Positions 1 through 15,438 of a stretch of 64,000 nucleotides of DNA are shown here, piece by piece. Under the pieces are notes generated by a model that did not search any database, was not told where the DNA came from, and saw only the letters and a program-made list of their open reading frames with translations. The first letter of the stretch is position 1. Each line of letters starts with the position of its first letter. Origin of the DNA: Eledone cirrhosa (Eukaryota); contig OZ024740.1 in assembly GCA_964016885.1 (NCBI GenBank), positions 344,472,001 through 344,536,000 on the forward strand. Reading direction: 5' to 3'. The position numbers and the translations under genes were made by a program.

Positions 1-309
1 ATATATAGCGCATATATATATATATAGTGAGAGAGAGAGACAGAGAGGAGAGAGAGCAAGAAACAGATAGATAGATAGATAGTTGTGTGTGTGCTCATTT
101 ATTTTGGCTTAATAGAAAGAAAGAAAGAAAGGAGTCACAGTGTTCCTTGGCTTGAAACATCGTGTGCAAACATCCATCTTCATTGTTGAATGTGGGATAT
201 ATCCAGTCATTAGTTGCAATGGTATAGAGGACAAATCCTTCCGTATTAAAGGATTAATTGTAGAAATTGCATCGGCTCGATACAGTTTGTTTCAGTTGGA
301 AAGGGGGGA

Positions 310-830
<521 letters not shown>

Positions 831-1197
831 GAAGGTGGGTAGATATAAAGAGGAGATGTATAGAGAAAGAGAAAGAGAAAGAGAAAGAGAAAAAGAAAAC
901 GAGGAAAGAGAAGTAGAAGATGAAACAGGTGGAGGGGAAAGAAGATAATATTTAGTGGAAGGTGGTAGATCCCATGACACACAAACACGCATGCACATGC
1001 GCTCTGTCACACTCACACATATCAGTGTATGCTGAAAACGTCTGGGAAAAACTACGTTGAATTTAAATCATAAAATAGAGAAGGCAGAGATAAGTAGATA
1101 GATAGATACATTAATGGAGATATAGAAAGACAGCCAACAGACGGATAGATCAATGAAGGCATAGATGGACAGATAGAGAAAAAGTTAGAGAGAGACA

Positions 1198-1228
<31 letters not shown>

Positions 1229-1235
1229 CATATAT

Positions 1236-1343
<108 letters not shown>

Positions 1344-1371
1344 GTGCGTGGGTGTGTGTGGTTGTGTATTT

Positions 1372-1418
<47 letters not shown>

Positions 1419-1625
1419 AGCGATTGAGGGCTAGTTATATATATATATATACTGCGGCTCGCCTATCGGTCGCTGTCTTCAATTTGCAAAGCTGTCTAAA
1501 CGTAATGTTATAACTCTAAGGTAATATACCTTATTGAGTGCTTAGCTGCACATCCCGATTGCATTCGTTAGCTTCGCTGCACCCAGAGCTTCGATTATGC
1601 TGTACTAAATTGTGTATATATATAT

Positions 1626-2015
1626 AACCCACAATGGGATCTGATTCACCTGTTTTTTCTCCTTTTTTTCCCTTTCCTCTTTCTTCCTCTCTCATCACCC
1701 CCTTTCCCCCTTTGTTCTTCTTCCTCTTTTCCCTCTGTTCTCTCTTTTTTTCTCTCCCTTTTCTCATCTTTTCCTGCTGGCCTTTTGATTAAGAAAAGGC
1801 CTCGAGCGCACCCGATTGCTACAAATTTCCTGTAAATAAGCGCCGAAACATCTGGTTCGCGATTTTACAGCTGATGAAGGATTCTTTGTTCAATTTCTTC
1901 TTTTCCCTCTGTTCGCTCTTTTTTTCTCTCACTTTTCTCCTCTTGTTCCGTCCTAACTACCATCGTAAATCTTGATTTTTGTAACCACACAGCTCCTTTC
2001 GTTTCGTATGATTTT
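1626..2015 (+). mobile_element. Probable PLE pLTR-like element with degenerate hammerhead pieces
   Basis: Lies between TA runs; pyrimidine-rich; GGCC...CGCCGAAAC..GTT followed by CTGATGAAGG. Confidence 0.4.
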
Positions 2016-2044
2016 ATATATATGTATATATATATATGATTATA

Positions 2045-2094
<50 letters not shown>

Positions 2095-2101
2095 CATATA
2101 T

Positions 2102-2166
<65 letters not shown>

Positions 2167-2170
2167 ATAT

Positions 2171-2416
<246 letters not shown>

Positions 2417-2834
2417 TATAGGGGGGGGATTTCAGAAGGAAATGGTGATGAACAAGCAAGAATAAACAAATGAAAAAAAATTGATACCAAAATGTGTTGA
2501 GAGAAAAAAAAAAATTGAGGAAACAGACTTTGACTGTCGCAAATATATTCTAAATGAAAAAGCGTGAGACAAAAAGAGAGATATAGTGAATGAAACTGGA
2601 TGAATGATAGAGATACCGAAACATAAAGCGAGAGAAAAATGAAAAAAATGAGGTATCTTGGTATATACGTATTTATGTACGTTTGTATGTATATATTATG
2701 TATCTATGTATGTATGTTCGTATGTACATATGTATATATGTTTGTGTGTATGTAAGTATACATGTATGTTTATAAGTATGAATCTATCTCGTTCTCTCTC
2801 TCTAGATATGTGTGTGTGTGTGTATGTGTGCGTG

Positions 2835-2888
<54 letters not shown>

Positions 2889-2892
2889 TGTG

Positions 2893-2930
<38 letters not shown>

Positions 2931-3479
2931 TGCGTGCGTGTCTGTCTGTAGAGAATCAAAGAGAATATGAGAGAGGAAGAGAAAATGAACGAATGTAACT
3001 GTATAGGAAATATAGTGTGGTTACAATAGTGTGGAAAGACATAGTATCATGATACGGCAGAAGAGGGATTAGAATTTGAAAATCATACCACATTTAGCAG
3101 GAGAAAAAATGAAAAGCATTCAACGAGAGATAGAGAAAGCAACAAAACTGATTCATACAAAGTAAGAAGAGAGTGGACATAGTAAAACTATGAGACAGCT
3201 AAAATTGCAACAATGAAAGAGCACTGAGAGTAATGAGTGAAATAAGAGAATATGAAAAGTGCAAGAGGTGGTTTGATAGAGATTATAAGTAAACTCCCCG
3301 AACAGAATTTGAAATCAGATGACTTGAGAAATGATTACAAAAAACAAAGAAACAATTCTGAGTTCCTAGTGTTTAACCCTAGTTCAACCATAATTGAGTA
3401 GATCTATTTTGAAAAGAATTCAAGCTGTGATCATCTTGATTTTAGAGCTAAGTGTTGGATCTCCATTACTTGCAACGAG

Positions 3480-3700
3480 GATTGTTCCAGTTGTTTGAAC
3501 AATAGATCAGCCTGCTCCGGGTTGAATATATTATAGTCACATGTACGTTCAGGGAGATTCAGCTTAACAGGGTTAGGCCAGGCTGGTCATTTGAATTACA
3601 GTGGTACATCAAGAAACAATGTTTCTTGCTTAAAGACACACCTCACCATAAGGTTATTAGATTCATGATCGTGCGACCACGAGCCGAACCACTATCTGCT
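3480..3700 (-). mobile_element. Old SINE (family S3)
   Basis: CAGGGAGATTCAGC block shared with 42700-43020; TCTTGCTTAAAGACAC plus a tRNA-like head remnant. Confidence 0.55.
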
Positions 3701-4498
3701 ATGTGTCACATCTTCACTATGTCGGAATCTTCACTATGTCGGAATACATTAGTTGGTATAGCCTTTCCTTACTTCTGGGTATAATATACCATTATCCAAT
3801 TATATACTATTACCGACCTTATCATTGAGATATATAAGTTCCGATAAGGAAAGCTGCTGGTTATGTTTTATTTATGTTTTAAAAATCGTTATTTCTTCGT
3901 TACTTCAAAAGGACGTGTGGGTCTTGAAAGAATTTCTACCTCGGTAACTTGGCTTCATTGCAGTATTAAAGTTACAAACTTCCAGCTGTATCAGAGAGAT
4001 ATGTAAGGAGAGACGGTGAGCAAGACAGAGAAACGTTTAGTAAACTTACAAAAGTCTGTTTTTAATTAGCACACATTCAATCCTGGTGTGAAAAGGTAGG
4101 GCATGACATTTAAACAAAGGGTTTTCTTTCGATAGCAAGATATATATATCGATTTGACCCGATTTATCTGCTGTTAAAGGTTCATCTGTGATTATTTTCT
4201 AATAACGTGTTAGAAAAAAATACTAGTTTATAACTTTTATAGTATTCCCATACCCGAACACAACTATATAGTTTTCATAATGCTGCAACCATTTACGAAT
4301 TGAAATATTAAATTAATAGGGTTGATTCAGTTTTAAACTGGTGAGACCAGTACTCAATAGAGGACTCGATACTTGTGATTGTAGAGTATGGTTATATTAT
4401 AAAGTGTCGGGACTCGACGGCTGAGCTCTTGTCGTTTCAACAGCTAGTTTCCAGTGTCTAGAACTAGTTGCTGAAACAGCAAGAGCTCGACTATTTAT

Positions 4499-4563
<65 letters not shown>

Positions 4564-5575
4564 ATATACATATAAACACAGAGAGAGAGAGAGAGACCGA
4601 GAGAGAGAGAGAGTTAGAGAGGGGGGGTGGGTGATTGGTTCAGGGAGATAGATTGGTAGAAATATAGCATACAGGGATATTCTTCGATATAATTTTATTA
4701 AGGCAAAAATTCTATGATAGCTTCAGTCAAAAAGAGAAAGTGTGCGAAAATGAAACTGTGAGCGAGAAACCTACTGAAAGAAAAATATCTGGCTGAAAAA
4801 TTATGAAAGCTTGAGATACTAGGTGAAAGAGAAGAGGAAATGTACGTGTGTGGCTATTTTGTATCAGAGCGAGAAAAGAAATGCATGAGAGAGAATTATC
4901 ATTGCTTGTATGAACTCGCTTTCTCCTTTAAAAGCCTACTTAATATTAAATAAGGACGATATTAAATCAAAGAATTCCTTATTACAGTTTAGGATACAGC
5001 TAAAATTCCCAAGAGACGCTTCTTCGTTCCCTTTACCAAGTTAAATTATATCGCTGCCAGACTGTCGGCACCATTATATTTCGAATACCATGCCTCCGCA
5101 GGCTCAGCATATATAACCAGACTTATATACTCCTTCCTACCGCAACAATTCAAATGCCTGCAACAGAACACAATAACATAAACAGATACATACATACATA
5201 CATAAATATGTATATATATATGTATATACGTAAACACACACATACATATATGTATATAATGTTATATATATATATATATACATATGAGTGTACATATATT
5301 TAAATAGTTAAGTATACTTTAATCTCTAAGGATCACAATATCGTTACCCATAGGCGCCACCTTTAACCTTTGGTGGAGATAATCTAGTTAGTTACTGCTG
5401 TGTAGCTATGTAGACAGGCGACATTTCTTTTTCTATTTATTTCTTTCCATGCAAACATTAATAATTTCTTAATCTCCTGAGGTGAATACTCAAAGGCGGA
5501 ACAATAAATACATAACAACGTAGATTAATGGAAGGATGTATGTATGTATGTATGTATGTATGTATGTATGTTTTC

Positions 5576-5654
<79 letters not shown>

Positions 5655-5781
5655 GTATATGTGTATATATATTTGTATATATATATATATGTATATATAT
5701 ATGTATGTATATACATATATTTGTGTGTACATTTGTGTGAGTGTGTTCGTATATATAAAGATCTTTGTATATATGCTCACA

Positions 5782-5812
<31 letters not shown>

Positions 5813-5850
5813 TGATACACACATATACATACATACACATAAATACATAT

Positions 5851-5930
<80 letters not shown>

Positions 5931-6333
5931 AATAAACATACACTGAACATTTCAGTGTAAGTTTGGAACACATGTAATATCTTAACTTCAAGGTGATCTC
6001 ACTTCACCCACATTGCATCATAGATGTTTGCCATTATGTAAGTGTGTTTTAATTCTTGGATATTATACACATGTATGAGTATATGTGTGTATAGAAACCC
6101 ATCCTCGCTTATGCATATTTTCACATAGATACAAGTACTTATATTTATAGAGCTGACGTGCATACGTATGTGTATATGTATATTCAAGTCTACATGGATG
6201 CCTGTGCAAATACTTAGTCTGATAGAAGTGAAATTGATTACACACACACATACATATATATAAATATATTGGATTCGATTTTGAATATATAAATGTGTTT
6301 CTTTATTTCTCTCTCTCTCTCTCTCTCTCTATT

Positions 6334-6372
<39 letters not shown>

Positions 6373-7209
6373 CTGAGCACGTACGTATGTGTGTGTTTTG
6401 GCCTATATAGGATTCATGTATATATTGACACTGGGTGGGCAAACGTAGTTATCTGATTTGCAAATCATATCGCATGACTCTACATGTAAACTACGCATAG
6501 AAATGAATCATAGTTTAGTCTTAAGTTACATAAACATTACATTTTAAGAAACTGCTTCTCATAACGATTTAATGTTTGTTTATTTTTAGTATTTAAACGT
6601 TTCTGTATTATGAAGAACGTTCAGCTGGGATAACTTTTCAGAAGTGTGCATAAGTTTTAATAATTGTACAAGTATGTATATGCAGTTATAATGTTGTGTC
6701 CGCGAAAGAAAAAGGGGCGATGTTCACATAGGTTTTTCAATTACCTCTTTTATCTGTCGGGCACATCGTATGCCAGATGTAGACAGTAATTGACCTCATA
6801 ACGCACAAGGACTGTCAGAATACTTCAAATATTCTCGACCGACTCACAGACAAGCCCCTGCCCCTGGATTGGAGGTTCAAGTTTTGAGCCCCAATAATTT
6901 GACAAGCAAAGTTGACCTCGATGCTCTAACGGCTTTGAAATCATGTCTTGCATTCGATTCCTGGTGCAGACTCTCATAATGACACACTTTTTCTATTCAA
7001 TTCGAAGAGGCATTGCACATCGGAACGTACATAGACTGTTTAAGCTGCATATCTATTTCTTTATGGAGGGTTGCTCACCGGTTGTTTTAATTTAGTGGCG
7101 GTTTTTAATGTTAAGTTCCAATAATAACACTTCGAACCGTCAATCACAGAATGTTCCTCCCTATTTATTTTTATTTTCGTCTTCTGATTGTTCTGTTAAC
7201 CACAACGTG

Positions 7210-7765
7210 TCTCATGGGAAGACCGTCAGGCGAAAATATTCTTTTTTGAACTTTGTTTTCAGGTTCCGTACTGATGGGAGTGTGTTTAACTTGCAACGAC
7301 TGCTCACTCGCACCCCAAAATTGGAAGAGTTGATCCCGTACCTGCTGTTCGCAGACGACTGTGCCCGTCTGCCGCACACGAGGAAGATCTCATGATATCC
7401 GTCAGCAGCTTTGTTAGGGCATCCAATGACTTTGTCCTGACCGTCTGTTTCAGGAAAACTAAAGTCGTGTCCCTGATCCAATGAATGAAGAGTACTACCA
7501 ACGACGCTACCTCAGCAAAGCTCATTAACAACCACATTGCCTCAACACCCAACTCAAGTGCCAGCTGATCCAAGGCAATCTTGGTCACAGGGAATGGGAA
7601 CACGAGGTGGAAGATAGAGTGATATGGAGAGCGACCATCAAAACAGCTTCGGCCATCTTTTATGAGGGCAGGAATGTGGCAGCTGAAGACAAACCTCAAA
7701 GTAGAAAGTTTTTCGCCCTCCAACCACCAACTGACCAAGTACGCAGTTTCCCCAACTGTACCATT
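7210..7765 (+). mobile_element. RTE-clade LINE RT fragment (internally deleted)
   Basis: RTDGSVFNLQRL..LLFADDCA, RKTKV and EDRVIWRATIK, matching RTE/BovB RT and C-terminal motifs. Confidence 0.85.
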
Positions 7766-7884
7766 ATGGCAGTTGTTTTGTTAAAAGTATTTACTACAAG
7801 GATGTTGTCATATATATGCATTAATGAACACAACAAATCATTCTTTAACATTCCAAGTTTCCTTACTACATGAAAAATATTTAC

Positions 7885-8400
7885 TCCTCTGATACGTGAT
7901 CTTCCCTATGCAGATGATCATGATCTTCTTAGCTACTCGGAATAGAAAGTTCTACATTTTCTGGATTGCTTTTCGGCAGCGTATGGTGAGTTAGGACTGG
8001 CAATAAGCCTGAGAAGACTGGTGATGCACCCGGAAATCCACGTATTCCACCATCCATATCTTTCAAAGGAGAAACATTGAAGGTTATGTATAAGTTCATC
8101 TACCTGGGTAGTATTCTCTCCATAACTAGCACCCTTAACGACAATATCAGCTACTGGCTGTCTAGAGCTTCTGATACATTTGATAAGCTGGAGAAGCGCC
8201 TGGGCCACATTCAGATATCAGTGTGCGCACGAAAGTTGCCGTGTACCAAGCAGGTGTGCATCCTGCCTTGCTGTATGGATGTGAGAAATGAACTCTGGGC
8301 ATATCCAGCCAACAATTCTGGCGCTCCATCCTCAATATCTCATGCATGTCTCATACATCAGATACTGATGTGCTGCAGTAGATCAGTTTTCCAATCATCG
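7885..8400 (+). mobile_element. Second RTE-clade LINE RT fragment
   Basis: LIRDLPYADD, ELGLAIS, KFIYLGSILS, RASDTFDKLEKR, LLYGCE. Confidence 0.85.
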
Positions 8401-8419
8401 AGACTATAGCCATGACTAA

Positions 8420-9100
8420 CGCTTTTCATCCGTTTGTCACATTCCTTGGTTATACGCTTCTTGCTAAGAGTTCCATCGTAAGGTATATATTAGTCACATT
8501 TAGGACTATATCGAAGAAATTGTCACGCAATTAGTTGACTGTTACTGAAATCTCTCCTTCAACATGATCAATAAATATTTTACCTTGGGCAAAATACATC
8601 TTTATCTGTTTTTAGAATTTGGTAACCAGGTTTAACACTCATATTTGGGGGATATACTTGAGGGTTGTCAAAAAAAAGCAATGTGATAGGTTAGTGTTTC
8701 CTAAAAAAAAACCAAGTAATTTCCTGAAAGTATAAACAGCAACGCGGGGAGAGGGTCGTCTTGAAATATACCCTCATTATAGTGTATCGTATCATTCACA
8801 ATCGAATCACTGGCCGTATTTAACTTTAGAATGGTGGCTCATGATGCAGGCAGGCTGTCTTTGGCCCTGATGTGAAACAAAATTTGAATGTTTATTGTAA
8901 TTCAGCCAGCTTATGAACAATCATTTCTTATTCTGACACAACTTTGACATAGGAGTGTTGATGAGACGTTGTTCAGCACATACACACAATAATTTCCCTG
9001 CCAACTACTTATTCGGTTGTGAAGATCTTGTAACCATCACAATGTTACTAGAAGAATATATTCAGACAGACCATAAAAATAGTATACATAAGAATCTAGC
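8420..9100 (-). mobile_element. Decayed Tc1/mariner-like transposase
   Basis: Minus-strand remnants resemble FQQDGAP.H and P.SPD.TP motifs; heavily degenerate. Confidence 0.3.
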
Positions 9101-9345
9101 ATGAAATGTTTTAGCATTTTACCATGGGAGTATTTTTTCTTTTTAATATCAATTTCATTTTTGCCATCATCAACTATGTTGATTTATTTAAAATTTCTAT
9201 CGAGAACTTGTTAGGAAAAAAAACGCCATAATGTATCTCTAATAGAAAATCAGTTTCTTTGCACTAGTTTTCAACAGTCAAGAATTTTGCTGGTGCTTTC
9301 GTATCCTGACGCTTTGACTCACAGTATGAAATTGATTTTATATCC

Positions 9346-9665
9346 TTTTGCACAACACTTCTTTATGATTTCTTCTGCGCGCACAGAATAATACTCAAAT
9401 CGCTATTCCTCTCCTCCGATATTTTCACAAAAAGGATCTGTATCTTCCTGAGAAGCAGTCGTTGTGATTTTTCCTCATGTTGTCTTCCTATCCGTGTAAA
9501 CAGTTGGAGAAAGATATCAACAGTGTGTTACTTCTGAAAAAAATATTTGGATTTTTGCACAACACTTCTTTGTGATTTCTTCTGGGCACAAAGAATAATG
9601 CTCAAATCGCTATTCCTCTCCTCCGATATTTCCACAAAAAGGATCTGTATCTTCCTGAGAAGCAG
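9346..9665 (+). repeat. ~113-bp direct duplication (9346-9458 and 9553-9665)
   Basis: Near-identical TTTTGCACAACACTT...CCTGAGAAGCAG occurs twice. Confidence 0.9.
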
Positions 9666-10263
9666 AGAAAGAAATATGCCTTTATCCCTTCGGTTACTTT
9701 TATTTGCAGATTGATTAAACATATAGTCCGGGGAAATACATTGGCATATCAGTATTGGTTTTCTGAGTTAGATTGATATTGATCTGATAATCATTATCAT
9801 GTTCTTTATAAAGGATTTTATGCATTTTATCAACTAAATTTAATTCAGAACCTTATGGCAATATATAGAAAGAGCTTTATACGCTCATGCCATGAAGCTT
9901 TATTTATATATATATCATAAATATTCATAATGTTTTTCTTCAAATATATGATACAATTATATTTTATTAAATTCTGAATAGGATGGGTTAACTATAAAGA
10001 GATTCACATACTATGGAAAAATAATTACTGCTTGAATCACATTTTTCACTCTGTTTTTATACTGACCACCATGTGTCTTTTCAGATAACATTATGCATGA
10101 CCAAGGTGCATGAATAATAAAAGAAGGCCAATATATTGAGTACCTTGTATTGCTCTAAGATTCATCTAATTCTATTACATTTAGACTTTTGAGCGAGGTC
10201 CATCTATTGAGGGCACATAAATGATTTCACTTATATTTGCATTTACATAAACATACCCCCTCC

Positions 10264-10311
<48 letters not shown>

Positions 10312-10646
10312 GTATACACAAAAAGGCATGAAATTGCTGATTCTCTTTATTTTACCATTGCTAACGGGATATTCTGGATTCAAATTACAAGGATAATCTA
10401 TGATGCTTGGATGAACATAACAGAACGATCCCCTGAGGTAATTTCGCTTCTGCGCCATTGTTGAGACAAACACAAGCATAGGCAGACATGGACACACACA
10501 TATATACAAACACTAATACAAACACATACGCATACGGGCACATATATATTTATTCAATGAAAGGTTAAAAATCATTAATGAATGGGAAATTTATATATAC
10601 ATCAAACGTGATTCACAAAAGTTTTATACACACACACTCACCCCCC

Positions 10647-10677
<31 letters not shown>

Positions 10678-10727
10678 TTATGTCTCTCTCTCTCTTTCTC
10701 TCTTTATATATATATATATGTGTGTGT

Positions 10728-10815
<88 letters not shown>

Positions 10816-11355
10816 GTGTGCGGGTATCTGTATATGTAGAGATCTTTATGTTTGGATGAGTCATTATAAATCTTAGTTTGTTTAGAATTGTTTGCATAAC
10901 CCTATTTTCTCTATTATGTATATACTTTTTTTTTTCTATCAAATTATATTTTTGATCACCACAGACAGTAAAACTGATAGGCAAGTATATCCTTTAGTCG
11001 AAAAGATTTAATAGCAACATAAAAATAGAACTCTAACTATATCGATGCGTTTGAAAAATAAAATTTACATAAGGAATAATAGCAATACTTATATATAATC
11101 AAAACATATCTTATTCATATAATATTTTTCAATAACGGTGTTTACACAATGCCTCATATGAAATAAGCTTCTTTCAATTGCTCATAATTTATTCCGTTCT
11201 TGTTGTTTTTTAGGGAATTTTTGAGAGAAAAATACACATTAGAAAATGCGGAATAACAAAATTTCATAACTCTTCATCTACCCCAAGCCTATCTATTTAG
11301 GTTATATACTACTACTACTACTACTACTGCCAATACTTCTGCTGCTGCTGCTGCT

Positions 11356-11562
11356 AATAATGGTTTCTTAAAAAGGCACAAGGCCATCAATTTTGGGGAG
11401 GGGAAAGTCGATTAAATCGACCCCAGTGCATTACTGATGCTTTATTAAAAGGCAAAGCTATGCTCGGCAGAATTTGAACTCAGATCGTGAAGGGGTGTAG
11501 CTCTATGCTTCTAAGCATAGTGACCGATGTTCTACCAATACTGCTAAATCATCACCCTAATA

Positions 11563-11620
<58 letters not shown>

Positions 11621-11836
11621 TTTCTTATATAGGCACAAGGCCAGCAATTTTGGGGGAGGGGAAAATCGATTAAATCGACTCCAGTTCGTTACTGGTGTTT
11701 TATGTTATCGACTCCAAAAGGATGAAAGGCAAAGCTAATCTTGGTGGGATTTGAAATCAGTATGTACAGGGTCTTAACGCTATGTTGCGGAACATTGTGT
11801 CCGACGCTTTACTGATACTGTCAATTTACCACCCCA
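11356..11836 (-). mobile_element. Two older tandem S1-related SINEs separated by (AAT)n
   Basis: GGCACAAGGCCA.CAATTTTGGGG..TCGATTAAATCGAC.CCAG...AGGCAAAG..GATTTGAA.TCAG occurs twice. Confidence 0.85.
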
Positions 11837-12149
11837 ATATTAATAATAAATAAGTATTTTACGGTAGAACGTCAGTAAAATTGCTTTAGCGACAATTTTT
11901 TACATTTTATGTAACACGGTCCATGGCTCCAGAGCCTCACGAAACCGGGTTTGATTTACTCGGCTAACTAATTGCCTGAATTTCTTCCACTGTACAATAT
12001 ATTAATATTCTTGCTATATAAAGATAGTAAGTGGGAATTAATATGCTATATTTCTATCAGGCGAATCCATTAGGACAGTCTTCGGTCATGCAATATTTTA
12101 TGAATTTTGGTGGGAATAGAAATATCACAACGAAAATAAAACTGGAAAT

Positions 12150-13330
12150 AACGCCCGAAGATGTGGCAGTGACCCTGGAATTCCCAACACTCTACACACA
12201 ACCGTGAATTAATCATACACACCAAAGGCAATTGTTTTCCAGTTCTTGCTGCTAGCTTACATTGTTAGAGCAGCCAAGCCGATTTCGTCACTCATACCCA
12301 CATTCAAACCTGTTATATTTTCAACAATTCCAAATGCGTCCACAAAACAAATTCTTTTGTCATGGCAATAAGACACAAGAGAACTACCTGCTCTACCTTT
12401 CCAAAAGAATGTGATGGTTTTATGTTCTAGATAGACTTGCCTAATTTCTGATTCGCTTTGCACACGATAACAACTATTCAACAAAAACTTACAAATCAGC
12501 AGTATTCGGACGCTGGATATGTTCGTAGCTGACGCTTTCAGCACCCTATGCACATTTCAGGCATTTACCGTTGCTGCCCCTTTCAACACGGTCACGATTG
12601 TAGTACTTCAAAGCCAAGAAAATTTGGAAATTGCTCATAATTCTGAACCTTAATGCCCCCCAGAAGAGACTACTCATATTCTTCTCGTCGACGCTCAATA
12701 GTTGTCAGATCACAGTCGTTCATATTCACAACTAGCTTTCCATAGAGTATGAAGCTTTACATTGTACATAACATATGGTTCAGTTGGTAAATACTATACT
12801 CTCATGTTTCTCAATTAAAGAATCAAATTAGTTTCTACTTGAAACTCTTCTGGAAATGTACCAACAATTTGATGTCAAATATATGCGTCGCTAAGGTCTC
12901 GTAATATGTATTGTTAGACACAGCCCTTCTTTATCCCACAGCAGCGGCTTCAATATTACAACTTACTGAAGATACGAAAGAGGCTTTCATTAGCGATACT
13001 ATGGCTTAGTTTATCTATTGTAGTGATCCAGTATCTGGTGAGGCAAACAAATCGACTGAGCTGAGTTTAGCCATAGAGACCGATTGCCGACCATGTCGTA
13101 CAATTTAGGCTGATCTAAAGCGCTGAAATTACCAAAAGTGACAATGTAGATGCAGATAATTTCTAAGAAGTGTGGGGTGAAATGGCAGTCATCGTGGTCA
13201 AATCTGGCAGCAAGTGATAACATGACGAGGAAAGCCTTAGGCATAATATTTACTCTCTGTTATGAGCATATTTCTGTGTAGGAAATGTGCATTACATCCG
13301 CCTGGTGCGATTGCTATACAGGAGTTTAAA
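12150..13330 (-). mobile_element. Possible decayed Mutator-like (MULE/SWIM) transposase
   Basis: Coding-like composition. YRVQSESE...Y and G..G resemble the SWIM region; ERRREEY resembles RR.EWA. Confidence 0.35.
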
Positions 13331-13611
13331 AATAATAAACCGGCAGTTCAGATAAACGAAGCGGATATGGAAAACAAGTTCTGAATAAAATAGAAATCTA
13401 CTAGAGAGAAATAACAAAGGGAATAGAAAATACATAGAGACTAGCAAAGATAGTTGTCCTGGTTGTCACAGTATATCACTCGGAATTTAAATAATAATTG
13501 AATTTAGGGTACACATGTTTCTGGAATACTCAACCACTTGCACATTACTTACATAAGTTGGTTGTTATATCGACAGGCGAATGACAATAATTGACAGTAA
13601 CCAGCTTTCAG

Positions 13612-13672
<61 letters not shown>

Positions 13673-14358
13673 CATATATATATATATATATATACATACG
13701 TACATATCCCCATACATATATGTATATATGGGTACATGTGTATGTATCTCTACATATGTGTATGTACATATACTCCTATAGAAAGTTAAATTTGCTGAAT
13801 TTCAACGGATAATATATGCCTAAAGCTTCAAAATTGCAATTATATAGCAAGTTAGTTTTCTATCTAACACTATCCCCGGTCATTATTTTCAACAAAATGC
13901 GACAATTACCTTTTATGAGTCACTACTGATCTAAACGTTCCTATATATTCCTACTCTCTTATGTAGTAATTCTATATAGTATGTGATTCTTATTTGAAGA
14001 TTTCTTTTGTGTGCATGTTTTTCTCTATTCTTTTGCATACTTTTAGATAACTGAATCTTTTCAAGCATGCACAAACCTAGCTCTCCATAGTGTTTCTTTC
14101 CTCTTTTTTATTTTTAATCTTCCCCTTTTCTGTCTCTTTATATGTGTCCCTTTTTCTGTCATTCAGTTTTTGTAGTTATATATATTTTGCTCTATACATG
14201 TACATATGTATGGAGTCCTTGCCCCTGTCACCCACTCACACTCTGTTTCTATACAAACACACGCACTTACACACACACACACGCACACACACACGCACGT
14301 ACACACACATACACACATATATTTATATATATATATATACATACATATATATATACAT

Positions 14359-14394
<36 letters not shown>

Positions 14395-14476
14395 CTTTTT
14401 ACACACACATACTTAAGTATATGTGTGTGTATGTGGTGTGTTTATATATAACATTTCTCTTCCCTAAATTACTCAT

Positions 14477-14532
<56 letters not shown>

Positions 14533-15376
14533 GGATAATTTTCTTTTAATACATTGAATCGATTTATTATATGGTTTTATTATATTACTTAACGTCTATT
14601 TTACACATTTGGCCATATAAGTATTTACTTATTTTTATTATCTCTTGACTTGTTTTGTTAGCAATTTATGAAAAGGACATTTAATTTTTTTCCTCCCTTC
14701 ATGTCACTTACGCTTTTGTAAGAGTAACACTTAACACTATTTATTGATGGCGGGGATAGAAAATCGATTATTCTTTGAAAATTATGTTTTTATATTTTAT
14801 TTATATTTTTTATTTTTATAATTTACTTGCATTCACAAATCGAATTTCGTTTGAAGTTCTGCATCGCGGCTTATTACTAAGATTAAGTTTCATTGTCACT
14901 GTATACCTGTATTGTATGCATTGTTAATATTTTTCTAGATTTTTAAATTGTACACTTAGTTTAAAAGTCGAAGTAAATGTTGATAATATCTTCTGTAAGA
15001 GAGCCAAATGTATTCAGTACAATTACATACTTTAATACGGAATGATACATTTCATTAAAAAAAATATTTCGTCAAGCATTCTGTCGAAAGGTTTTCTTTC
15101 TTAGTGAGAAAATATATTTCTACAATATAGTTACATTTTTAGTGTTATTTTTGGTTTATATAAAATAGGTAAATTACAATGTTAAATAATGTAATTATAT
15201 ATGCGATATTTTCACCAACACTATATGAACAACAGAATTCATATTATGTACACAGAAACAAACGCACTCGCTCACACAGAAACATAGAGGCACGCATACA
15301 TAAGTACGTATGTATATGTGTATATCTGTATGTATGTATGTATGTATATGTGTGTGTGTATGTATGTAAAAAAACC

Positions 15377-15438
<62 letters not shown>

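Noticed and set aside
3710-3743. 17-bp tandem duplication (also heptamer repeats at 61727-61767)
   Set aside because: Ordinary slippage duplications.
5060-5110. Minus-strand CTGCGGA...CGAAA hammerhead-like motif (similar weak cases at ~15680, ~41200, ~56360, ~58740)
   Set aside because: Core substitutions and poor stems; at most decayed relics.
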